DNA of 64,000 bases from Candidatus Saccharimonadales bacterium (GTDB lineage Bacteria > Patescibacteriota > Saccharimonadia > Saccharimonadales > JAUPVS01). Below, piece by piece: positions 1-8,233 of this stretch (within the stretch, counting starts at the first letter, position 1; every line of letters begins with the position of its first letter). Under the pieces are notes generated by a model. The model worked only from the letters and a program-made list of their open reading frames with translations, made no database searches and was not told the DNA's origin. The DNA is taken from the NCBI GenBank assembly GCA_039920385.1, contig JBDSDR010000004.1:20125-84124 (forward strand). The letters are read 5' to 3'. The position numbers and the translations under genes are program-made.

Positions 1-122
1 CATAGTAAGGTTGCCATTTTTTCATCACGACCGCGCTTGTGCAAGTAGTAGCAGCGTGTTGCCAAACTCGCTAAGCGGCGAGTCCGGTAGCGCTTTATGG
101 CGGCAATTGATTGTTGCTTCAT
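1..122 (-). CDS. Hypothetical protein, 5' part only (runs off the window edge)
   Basis: Manually read open frame from ATG at 122 (MKQQSIAAIKRYRTRRLASLATRCYYLHKRGRDEKMATLL...), starting 3 nt after the stop of the upstream small ORF. Confidence 0.45.
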   Translation of the reverse strand, partial: MKQQSIAAIKRYRTRRLASLATRCYYLHKRGRDEKMATLL

Positions 123-125
123 AAA

Positions 126-284
126 TTATTTTCTGGCAAAGCCAATCAAGAATAGGACGACAGTTGAAACAATTGATGCTAGAAATAATTCAAAAACTTC
201 CGTGGCATTAGTACGCGTAATGGCCATTAATATGACGGCTATCCAAATCAATAGTATGGTAAAGAAAATTGATATATATTTCAT
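126..284 (-). CDS. Small two-TM membrane protein (52 aa)
   Basis: Manually translated, below the ORF-track cutoff: MKYISIFFTILLIWIAVILMAITRTNATEVFELFLASIVSTVVLFLIGFARK, with two hydrophobic stretches and a TATAAT-like box just upstream on the minus strand. Confidence 0.6.
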   Translation of the reverse strand: MKYISIFFTILLIWIAVILMAITRTNATEVFELFLASIVSTVVLFLIGFARK

Positions 285-480
285 CTCATCTAATTATAGT
301 ACAGATAGTTGACAATAAGCATGAGCGTGGCCTAGATTGGCATTTTATACTTACTATCATTACCTGTTTTGTTAGGGTTATCCCGCTATATTATCGCCGA
401 CATGTAAAAGAAGGGCCTATATCTGGCATCAAAAGCACTTCTAAGGTATAATCACATCTGTTATTCTCGGTATATAGTTT

Positions 481-557
481 CGGGGTGTGGCGCAGTTGGC
501 TAGCGCGCGCGGTTTGGGACCGCGAGGTCGAAGGTTCGAGTCCTTTCACCCCGACCA
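481..557 (+). tRNA. tRNA-Pro(TGG)
   Basis: Acceptor stem CGGGGTG/CACCCCG, anticodon loop TTTGGGA, GGTTCGAGTCC T-arm, encoded CCA. Confidence 0.97.
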
Positions 558-597
558 AAGAAAAACGGGTCACTAATAAAGTGGCCCTTTTTCTTTG
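558..597 (+). terminator. Intrinsic terminator after tRNA-Pro
   Basis: GGGTCACT-AATAA-AGTGGCCC stem flanked by A- and T-tracts. Confidence 0.7.
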
Positions 598-726
598 TCT
601 TCATAAAAGAGCAAATTTTGACAGGTTGGCACCACAGACTAAGTCACCCCCAGTATTTTTATTGACATAATCTTCATTATGTACAACACTTATGCTAATA
701 CTCAAAAATAAAAAGGATGACCATAT

Positions 727-2367
727 ATGGCAGCCACCAGAAAAAAATCAGTATCACGCTCTGCTAAAGGTAAGAAATCACCTTTCAAAAAATTACTAAA
801 TGCTCTTAACCCAGCAACTCCCAAGGGGCGTTTTCTACTCTTCGTTGTTTTGTTTGCGCTTATTGGCGGCGGCTATATGGCCTATCGTAGTTTTGCGGCC
901 ACAATTAGTACGCCTGTTTATTATCTTAACAACGGTAATGATGGCAGCCCACCAGAGGCGGTATTTGCGTTTGGGAACCCCGGCGATAAACCGGTAGCTT
1001 GTGACTGGGACGGTAATCGTTCGGATGGGATTGGAGTCTGGCAAGATCCAAGCGTGACTTTCCACCTTTCTGACACATTGGCTCCAACCAATGTTAATAG
1101 AGTTTTGTCGTTTGGAAACCACGGTGATATGCCAGTTTGTGGCGATTGGAACGGAGATGGCCGAGCCGGAGTTGGTGTCTTTCGCCCTAGCAACTTTACT
1201 TGGTACCTATCAGATGAAGTGGCCCCAAATAAAGTTAGTAAGACAGTTGCCTTTGGCCAAGCTGGTGACATACCGTTAGTTTGTGACTGGGACGGTAACG
1301 GTAGGGACGACATAGGTGTCTATCGTCCGAGCAATAGCACTTTCTACCTTTCTTTTAGCACGCTTGGTTTTACAGACCTTACCATACCGTTCGGTAACCC
1401 GGGTGATATGCCAGTTTGTGGTAACTGGGATGGCGTTGGTGGTGACGGTCTAGGTGTCTACCGCCCGAGCAACTCAACATTTTACTTATCGGATAGTGTA
1501 AAGCCAACAAATGTTAATCATCAGTTTATTTATGGCAATCCGGGTGACAAGCCGGTAGTTGGTGACTGGGACGGTAATGGCATTACTTCGGTCGGTATTT
1601 ATCGCAATACTTCACTTCCGTCGCCCGCCAAAACAACCTATACCTGCACCGGTGATACAACCATAGAAGTTAAAGATAAGGCCACTTGTGATGCCATACT
1701 TACTTATGCCAGGATTGGTCGCGAACAAGCGGCCGCTCAACCGACTGCTCCTCAAGCAGTCACTAATGTCGGTACCCCGACGCTTAGTTTGGGGGCTAAT
1801 GGTGCGGCTGTGTCGTCACTTCAGCAGCGTCTAGCCAACCGGGGTTTCTGGATAGCCGTGTCGGGTGATTTTAACCAAGCTACTGATGTTACCGTGAAGT
1901 CATTCCAGAAAGTTCGTGACATTACGGCCGATGGCGTGGTGGGTCCTCAAACTTACGGCCAACTCGACGCTGCTGAAGCTGAAGGCTGGGTCTTTAACCC
2001 GAACGACCCAAGGTTGGGCGGGCCATCTGCTCCGACTGCCGTAGCGGTAATTGTAGATAGGACTACCAATCAGCAACCGTCTACTTTGCCAACAGCTGAT
2101 GCCATAAATACATTCTTCGCCCTACTAAGAGCCGCCGAAATTGCTGCCCAAGCCCAAGCCGCCCAGGACGCTGCTAATGCTGCCGCTCAGGCCGCCGCCC
2201 AGCAGTCGGCCGCCCAGAGGATTGCTGCCCAGGTAGCCGCTCAGAGAGCCGCAGACGAGTTAGCCAGACGGGTACGCGCAGCTCAAATTGCTCAAAACTT
2301 ACGTAATCGTCTTTCACCATGCCCACCAATTGAGCCGGGTGACCTGATAACTTGCATCAACTGGTAG
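727..2367 (+). CDS. Secreted/surface protein with five FG-GAP/VCBS-like repeats, a peptidoglycan-binding (PG_binding_1) domain and an Ala/Gln-rich tail
   Basis: Signal/TM segment ending SFAA; five FGxxGDxPxxxDWxGxG repeats; TLSLGANGAAVSSLQQRL...FQ...ADGVVGPQT matches PG_binding_1; AAGGA RBS. Confidence 0.8.
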   Translation: MAATRKKSVSRSAKGKKSPFKKLLNALNPATPKGRFLLFVVLFALIGGGYMAYRSFAATISTPVYYLNNGNDGSPPEAVFAFGNPGDKPVACDWDGNRSDGIGVWQDPSVTFHLSDTLAPTNVNRVLSFGNHGDMPVCGDWNGDGRAGVGVFRPSNFTWYLSDEVAPNKVSKTVAFGQAGDIPLVCDWDGNGRDDIGVYRPSNSTFYLSFSTLGFTDLTIPFGNPGDMPVCGNWDGVGGDGLGVYRPSNSTFYLSDSVKPTNVNHQFIYGNPGDKPVVGDWDGNGITSVGIYRNTSLPSPAKTTYTCTGDTTIEVKDKATCDAILTYARIGREQAAAQPTAPQAVTNVGTPTLSLGANGAAVSSLQQRLANRGFWIAVSGDFNQATDVTVKSFQKVRDITADGVVGPQTYGQLDAAEAEGWVFNPNDPRLGGPSAPTAVAVIVDRTTNQQPSTLPTADAINTFFALLRAAEIAAQAQAAQDAANAAAQAAAQQSAAQRIAAQVAAQRAADELARRVRAAQIAQNLRNRLSPCPPIEPGDLITCINW

Positions 2368-2395
2368 AAATAATATTTTAAAAAAGGATAAATTA

Positions 2396-2830
2396 ATGAA
2401 TAAACTTACACAAATGAAGAAACCGCTAATCGTACTACTGGTGGCCGTAATAACTATCGGAGCCTTTTTGGCAGGCTTTTATGTGCGACCTTCTTATGAC
2501 AAACGACAATTTTCTGGTAGTACCAAAGCTGCCCAGGACTTCGTCAAAGACCTGACCTCAGGTAATAATGACGCGGCCTATGCTATGACATCTAAGGTTT
2601 TGCAAGAGCAACAAGACAAAGCCGCCTTTACCAGCGCAGTTGGCGAGCTTAAGTCTGAAAAACCAGAGTTACAAAAGCCGCAAGCCGTCAAGAATGGCGA
2701 TATGGTTCTGTACTACCAAAGAGTTCTAAATTTGCCAAAAAGTGCCAAGGGCAGTACCTCCGGCCTTTTCTACATCACGTTAGTTAAAGAAGATGGTAAA
2801 TGGAAGGTTTCCAGCCTTAACGTACAGTAG
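2396..2830 (+). CDS. Membrane-anchored NTF2-like (DUF4878/DUF3887-like) protein
   Basis: N-terminal TM; AQDFVKDL...AYAMTS and C-terminal LVKEDGKWKV pattern; AAGGA RBS. Confidence 0.6.
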   Translation: MNKLTQMKKPLIVLLVAVITIGAFLAGFYVRPSYDKRQFSGSTKAAQDFVKDLTSGNNDAAYAMTSKVLQEQQDKAAFTSAVGELKSEKPELQKPQAVKNGDMVLYYQRVLNLPKSAKGSTSGLFYITLVKEDGKWKVSSLNVQ

Positions 2831-2838
2831 GTTTGCAT

Positions 2839-3414
2839 ATGAAGCGGCTAAAAGTTATTAACAGTACGCTTTTAGCATTAATCATTCTGATTAATTGCTA
2901 CATCGTGGTTAGCCCATTTATACCCGGCCTGCAGTATTGGTACAAGAATCACTTTGTAACCAAACAACGAGCCCAACTAAGTAAGTCTATTAAACAGGGG
3001 GCTACTTATGAAGGTCCAAATAAGCTAGTCATACCGCAAATTTTCGCAGACCAGCCGGTTCTAGAAGGCCCGAACGTTTATACCGCCGTTAAAGGCGTTT
3101 GGCGGTTACCAACTAGTAGCACCCCAGACAAAGGTGGTAATACAGTTTTAATTGGACACCGTTTCTTGTATAGCAGTACGCCATCGTTTTTTTACAATCT
3201 AGATAAAGTGCACCAAGGCAATCGAATTGGTATTTTTTGGGATAATAAGCAATACCTATATGAAGTCAGCGAGGTTAAAGTTGTTAGCCCTGAGGCAATA
3301 GATATCGAAGCCCCGACTAAAGATAGCCGGCTAACTTTGTATACCTGTACGCCTCTATGGACCTCTAAGAGCCGACTAGTGGTAATTGCTCATCTAGTTG
3401 GGGGCAAACAATGA
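2839..3414 (+). CDS. Sortase (class D/E-like)
   Basis: N-terminal TM; catalytic His (GHRF), Cys (TLYTC) and Arg (RLVV); ATG 2839 preferred over TTG 2833. Confidence 0.92.
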   Translation: MKRLKVINSTLLALIILINCYIVVSPFIPGLQYWYKNHFVTKQRAQLSKSIKQGATYEGPNKLVIPQIFADQPVLEGPNVYTAVKGVWRLPTSSTPDKGGNTVLIGHRFLYSSTPSFFYNLDKVHQGNRIGIFWDNKQYLYEVSEVKVVSPEAIDIEAPTKDSRLTLYTCTPLWTSKSRLVVIAHLVGGKQ

Positions 3415-3521
3415 GCGAACAAAGAAAATTCTGGGTACTACTATTGTTGCTGATTATCAGTATAGTCTTAGCAATCTATATAAAAGACGTTGTCAACCAG
3501 AACTTTATTGGTCAATTTTAG
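3411..3521 (+). CDS. Putative 36-aa single-TM peptide
   Basis: MSEQRKFWVLLLLLIISIVLAIYIKDVVNQNFIGQF; start overlaps the sortase stop (ATGA). Confidence 0.45.
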   Translation: MSEQRKFWVLLLLLIISIVLAIYIKDVVNQNFIGQF

Positions 3522-3756
3522 GTTTTTTGGTAGACTTCTTGCTTTTTCGCCAGAAGCGGACTAACAGGGCTAGAGCCATGACGATTACAGCCACAACCAC
3601 AAATATGCCGATCGTTAAGCCGGTGTTGGCAAGAGAACTACTACTTGATGTAGGTGTTGATTGTGTTGGGCAAGTATTATAGCTGCTAGCACCATAACTA
3701 TCACAGCCATAGGCTTGAGCAAAATACGTCGGTAAGGTTATAAAACTGTCTGTCAT
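3505..3756 (-). CDS. Tiny sortase-substrate-like protein (LANTG, TM, basic tail)
   Basis: YGCDSYGASSYN motif, S/T linker, LANTG, hydrophobic helix, RKSKKSTKK tail; convergent with the sortase gene. Confidence 0.7.
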   Translation of the reverse strand: MTDSFITLPTYFAQAYGCDSYGASSYNTCPTQSTPTSSSSSLANTGLTIGIFVVVAVIVMALALLVRFWRKSKKSTKKPKIDQ

Positions 3757-3862
3757 ATATTGTGCTCATAATATATCACCAACTAAAACTTGTAAAATAA
3801 ACTTAAGCTTATTATACTGAAACTATAAAAACGTAGTAGAATATAAAAAAGGTAGCAAAAAA

Positions 3863-4069
3863 ATGAAAGATCAATTAGACGCCCTGCTGAAGCAAGAAAT
3901 GACTCGCAAAGAGTTCCTGCAATATATTGGTGGTGCACTTTTGGTTTCTTTTGGGGTAACAAACCTACTGAAGTCATTAATGCAGAGTAAGCCAAATCAA
4001 CAGAAATCTATGCTTGATTATGGTAGTAGTGCTTACGGTGGCTCCAAGAAAACTTTACAAGGTTTGTAA
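3863..4069 (+). CDS. Small protein with a Tat-like signal (TRKEFL) and C-terminal YGSSAYGG
   Basis: TRKEFL followed by a hydrophobic h-region resembles S/T-R-R-x-F-L; lies directly upstream of tatA. Confidence 0.7.
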   Translation: MKDQLDALLKQEMTRKEFLQYIGGALLVSFGVTNLLKSLMQSKPNQQKSMLDYGSSAYGGSKKTLQGL

Positions 4070-4142
4070 ATAACACATCTTTATTGGCCATTGTAAGCGC
4101 TAATGGTGTGATATATAATGGTTTCATAAAGAAGGAGACAGA

Positions 4143-4340
4143 ATGTTTGGATTGGGATTACCAGAATTAATTATTATACTCGTGGTATTGTTATTGCTTT
4201 TTGGAAGCACAAAACTGCCAAAGTTAGCTCGTAGCATTGGCGAATCAGCTCAAGAGCTACAAAAGGGTTTTGAAGGCGGGAAGACTTCAGAATCAACAAA
4301 ATCTGAAAAGACCGCTGTCAAAAAAACTACAACAAAATAA
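4143..4340 (+). CDS. tatA: Twin-arginine translocase subunit TatA
   Basis: MFGLGLPELIIILVVLLLLFGSTKLPKLARSIG is the TatA TM-FG-amphipathic helix signature; AAGGAG RBS. Confidence 0.95.
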   Translation: MFGLGLPELIIILVVLLLLFGSTKLPKLARSIGESAQELQKGFEGGKTSESTKSEKTAVKKTTTK

Positions 4341-4355
4341 GGAGTTAATAGGCAT

Positions 4356-5312
4356 ATGACGCCGGCAAATTCGGTACCATTTGCTGAGCATGTGAGTGAA
4401 CTGCGTAAGCGGTTCATGTGGATCCTAGTATTTGTAGCAATTGGTGGGACCGCAGGCTATGTTCTGCATGATGAGTTAATGAAAATCCTGCAAGCTCCCT
4501 TGCACGATTCTTTGTATTACAGCAACCCAGCTGGTGCCTTTAGTTTTGTCATGAAGTTGTGTGTGACGTTTGGTTTAGTTGTAGCTATACCGGCGGTTAG
4601 CTACCATATATTTGGTTTCTTCGGGCCAATCATACCGTCCAAGACCAAACGGGCCACAATTCTTTACATAAGCCTATCAGTAATAATGGCGGCTCTGGGT
4701 ATTTGTTTTGCCTACTTTGTGAGCTTGCCAGCCTCTCTCCATTTCTTAACAACCTTCGGTAACAGTGGCGATATTCACGCCCTGATTACGGCCGATGAGT
4801 ATTTTAGTTTCGTACTAACTTATATTGCTGGGTTCGCTATTTTATTTCAGGTTCCGTTAATAATTATCTTCATAAACCGCTTTAAACCTTTGCCGCCAAA
4901 AAAATTGATGGGGGCAACTCGGTACGTAATAGTGATCAGCTTCATCGTGGCGGCAGTTATTACACCAACGCCAGACCCAATGAACCAGTCAATCATGGCT
5001 TTCCCGATTATCTTTCTCTATTTGATGTCTGTAGTCGTGGTGGCCCTACACCCGCGGCGGCTCAAACAGGCTAAGCAGCAAAGACGTTTGGCCAAACAAA
5101 AGCCAGTTGTTGCAGTGACGCGGCGGCCCATCGTCATCCCGAATATTGCAGTTGTTACGACGGTCGTTGATGAGCCTCGGGTGGATAGGGGCCTGCCGCC
5201 AAAACCACGATTAATTTCTGATTTTAACTTCAAACCTCGTCAGCTGAGTAGACAGCCTAAACGAACTTTTATTAATGATGTTAGCGTCCGTCCACGGACA
5301 GCTCAAGCTTAG
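4356..5312 (+). CDS. tatC: Twin-arginine translocase subunit TatC with a basic C-terminal extension
   Basis: PFAEHVSELRKR, FQVP and AAVITPTPDP motifs; six TMs; follows tatA. Confidence 0.93.
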   Translation: MTPANSVPFAEHVSELRKRFMWILVFVAIGGTAGYVLHDELMKILQAPLHDSLYYSNPAGAFSFVMKLCVTFGLVVAIPAVSYHIFGFFGPIIPSKTKRATILYISLSVIMAALGICFAYFVSLPASLHFLTTFGNSGDIHALITADEYFSFVLTYIAGFAILFQVPLIIIFINRFKPLPPKKLMGATRYVIVISFIVAAVITPTPDPMNQSIMAFPIIFLYLMSVVVVALHPRRLKQAKQQRRLAKQKPVVAVTRRPIVIPNIAVVTTVVDEPRVDRGLPPKPRLISDFNFKPRQLSRQPKRTFINDVSVRPRTAQA

Positions 5313-5334
5313 CCTGTAAGGTACAATGGTGACT

Positions 5335-5976
5335 ATGAGTCTATTGATAGCGTTGTCTGGCGTCTTTGCACTGTTGGTTACGTCAGAGTTGTTATGGAGG
5401 CAAGGCATTGTCCGGGGTGAGCTGGCCCGTAAGTTAGTCCATATTAGTGTCGGAACATTTGTGGCCTTCTGGCCGTACTTTATGAGTTGGCAACAAATAC
5501 AGCTGATGAGTTTGGCTTTCTTTGCGGTGGTTCTAGTCTCCTTTAAGATGAATGTTTTTCATGCCATTCACAGTGTAAAACGCAAAACTTGGGGAGAGCT
5601 CTTATTCCCAATTGGCATTGGCCTGAGTGCTTTAATTATGCCAGCACCGATTGTCTTCACTGCCGCAATCCTTCATCTTTCATTGGCAGATGGTTTTGCG
5701 GCGGTAGTCGGTAAACACTACGGCGTACTCCATCAGTACACAATTCGTAACTATACTAAGACGCTGGCTGGCACGCTGGTGTTTTTCGTTATATCGCTAC
5801 TAATTGTAACTGGTGCCGTGCTAATTAGTGGGACGGTTGTTACTTGGCCAATAGTACCGCTTCTTATCTGGCTGCCAGCTGCCGCTACGGCTGTTGAGAA
5901 TATCTCTCTGGCTGGCACTGACAATATTTTCGTACCGTTGTTAGTTATTTTGGTTTTGCAGACCGTTATTGTTTAG
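5335..5976 (+). CDS. Dolichol/phytol kinase-like membrane protein (CTP-dependent prenol kinase / cytidylyltransferase family)
   Basis: RKLVHI, ADGFAAVVG, KTLAG and DNIFVP motifs; start moved to ATG 5335 because TACAAT lies 7 nt upstream. Confidence 0.8.
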   Translation: MSLLIALSGVFALLVTSELLWRQGIVRGELARKLVHISVGTFVAFWPYFMSWQQIQLMSLAFFAVVLVSFKMNVFHAIHSVKRKTWGELLFPIGIGLSALIMPAPIVFTAAILHLSLADGFAAVVGKHYGVLHQYTIRNYTKTLAGTLVFFVISLLIVTGAVLISGTVVTWPIVPLLIWLPAAATAVENISLAGTDNIFVPLLVILVLQTVIV

Positions 5977-7801
5977 TTTTTTGAAATGATCCATGGGCTC
6001 GTAAAGCGTTAAAAATGACGATGACATCAACTACTTCCTGCAGGCCAGCTCCGTAGATTGGTTTAAATTTACCAGTTGCAAACACGACCATCAACAGGAC
6101 ACTGATACCGATTCCGACCAAAATACTTTGTCGGGCGATAAAGAATGTCCGCTTGGAGATATCTACGGCCATCGCCACGCGACTTAGGTCATCAAGCATA
6201 ATAACTACATCGGCTGATTCGCTAGCAGCGGTTGAGCCCCGGGCACCGAGAGCAATACCGACATCAGCGGCAGTAAGGACGGGCGCGTCATTAACACCAT
6301 CACCCACAAATGCTACTGGACCATGCTGGATAGCTGAGATGGCGGTTAGTTTATCGGCTGGCAATGCATTAGCTCGCACATCAGTAACACCTATTTTCTT
6401 AGCAATCGTGTTGGCGCTGGAACTATTATCACCGGTTACCATCAGGATGTGGCGGATTCCTAGTTCCTTTAGTTTAGCTAGGGTAGATTTTGCTTCGGGT
6501 CGTAATTCATCTGTGAACTCAATAACACCGGCCAATTGATCGGCCATCGCTACAAAAACAGTGGTCGTGGCTGTCTGCAGTTTAGTTGGTATGGCAATCC
6601 CGGCCTTCTCGAGTAGCAACTGGTTACCAACTAGAACGGTCTGCCTATCAACTGTTCCGGTTAACCCATAGCCCGGTTTTTCGTGGAGTTGCTTGACCTT
6701 ACTGAGCTTGAGAGATTGGCTGCTGGCGGCTTGGACAATTGTGAGTGCTAATATATGGTTTGAGTTTTGCTCAAGGCTGGCAGCAGTTTTTAGAACGTCA
6801 TCGGCTGTAAAGTTATTAAAAGTTTTTATCTTGCCAACGACTGGCTTACCGACCGTTAAAGTACCGGTTTTATCAAAAGCAATAGTTTTAACTTCAGCCA
6901 GTTTTTCTAGCGATGAGCCAGTTTTAACGATGATCCCATGTTTGGCAGCACGGCTCATCCCAGAAATAAGTGCAATAGGAGCGGCCAATAGTAAGGGGCA
7001 AGGCGTGGCTACAATAATGACTTGTAAGAACCGTATAGGGTCACCAGAGGCATACCAGACGCTGCCGGCTAGAATATATGCAAATAGTGTAAAAGGTATG
7101 CTGTAACGATCGGCTAGACGCACAAAAGGTGACTGGTTACTGGCAGCGCTTTTGACCAAGGCAATTATTTGTTCGTATTGGCTATCGGCCGCCACTCGTA
7201 GGGCCTTTACGGTCAGAGCTCCTTCTAGATTGACTGAACCACTGAGTAGTTCATCGCCGATATCTTTTTGGACTGGCAAACTTTCACCGGTCAGGCTAGA
7301 TTCGTCGATAGCTGCGTGACCTTCTATTACAGTGGCATCAACTGGAATTAATTCACCAGGTTTAATTAAGAGTTTATCGCCGACTGCGACTTTACTGGCC
7401 AGTATCTCAACGATTTTCCCTTTCTTAATAAGATGGGCTTTTTTTGGAGCTCGCTTAAGCAGGGCATCAAGTTCGGTTTTGGCACGACGTTCGGCGTAGT
7501 CTTCAAGCGCCTCACCACCTGTTAACATCAGCACCACTATAATTCCCGCCCAGTACTCTTTGAGGGCAACCGAGGCAATTATAGCCGTGGCTGCTAGGAT
7601 GTCTACACCATAACTACCGTCACGGACACTCTGCACCATTCCTAGAACCAGCGGGATTGCCGATAAGGCTCCGGTTACGCCAAGAATAATGTTGGCAATA
7701 GTAGTCTGGCCGGCAATAGTTAAAGCCAGACTTGCTAGGACGGCAATAATAACGATTGCTAGGTGTTTATAAGTTCTAAAAAAGTTGATAAGTTTTTTCA
7801 T
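5966..7801 (-). CDS. Heavy-metal P1B-type ATPase (P1B-5-like)
   Basis: TGES, TPCP, DKTGT, GDGVND and QEVVD motifs; no N-terminal metal-binding domain. Confidence 0.93.
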   Translation of the reverse strand: MKKLINFFRTYKHLAIVIIAVLASLALTIAGQTTIANIILGVTGALSAIPLVLGMVQSVRDGSYGVDILAATAIIASVALKEYWAGIIVVLMLTGGEALEDYAERRAKTELDALLKRAPKKAHLIKKGKIVEILASKVAVGDKLLIKPGELIPVDATVIEGHAAIDESSLTGESLPVQKDIGDELLSGSVNLEGALTVKALRVAADSQYEQIIALVKSAASNQSPFVRLADRYSIPFTLFAYILAGSVWYASGDPIRFLQVIIVATPCPLLLAAPIALISGMSRAAKHGIIVKTGSSLEKLAEVKTIAFDKTGTLTVGKPVVGKIKTFNNFTADDVLKTAASLEQNSNHILALTIVQAASSQSLKLSKVKQLHEKPGYGLTGTVDRQTVLVGNQLLLEKAGIAIPTKLQTATTTVFVAMADQLAGVIEFTDELRPEAKSTLAKLKELGIRHILMVTGDNSSSANTIAKKIGVTDVRANALPADKLTAISAIQHGPVAFVGDGVNDAPVLTAADVGIALGARGSTAASESADVVIMLDDLSRVAMAVDISKRTFFIARQSILVGIGISVLLMVVFATGKFKPIYGAGLQEVVDVIVIFNALRAHGSFQKTKQ

Positions 7802-7858
7802 ATCTATCTAGTATACCAAGAAGTGTGTCATCTGGCTCTATCTGATACAATACTGCTT

Positions 7859-8233
7859 ATGGTCATATGGTTAAGTCTCCGCTGGTGGTACGGTGCCGGC
7901 TGGCAATGGGCAATGCAACGGGCAATTGTTCAGCGACTGCAATGGTGTGGTGAGACCTTCTCGATGGCGCCACTGTTACGGACTTTATTTGCTCCATTCA
8001 AGCAAACTTACAACAATGGTGGTGGCTCAATCGATGTCAAGCTACACGCTTTTATGGACAACATTATTTCAAGGTTCGTGGGCTTTTTCGCTCGAAGCTT
8101 CATTTTGTTTGCCGGATTAGTCGCTAGTTTTTTTGTACTGATTACGGGCATGGCGTTTGTGGCCTTATGGCCGTTTGCGCCATTCGCGGCACCGATTAGT
8201 TTGGTAATGATTGCGTTAGGTGTAGGCAGGTAA
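7859..8233 (+). CDS. Hypothetical membrane protein coupled to the Clp ATPase gene
   Basis: WWYG...LFAPFKQ plus C-terminal TMs; stop overlaps the next start (TAATG); TACAAT 7 nt before ATG 7859. Confidence 0.7.
   Translation: MVIWLSLRWWYGAGWQWAMQRAIVQRLQWCGETFSMAPLLRTLFAPFKQTYNNGGGSIDVKLHAFMDNIISRFVGFFARSFILFAGLVASFFVLITGMAFVALWPFAPFAAPISLVMIALGVGR

Noticed and set aside
97-670. ORF-track ORFs 97..312, 269..451, 391..573 and 485..670
   Set aside because: They are antisense shadows of the small minus-strand genes, overlap tRNA-Pro, or lack coding features.
970-1600. Recurring GACTGGGACGGTAA-like nucleotide repeats
   Set aside because: They are the coding repeats of the DWDGNG protein motif, not an independent DNA repeat or array.
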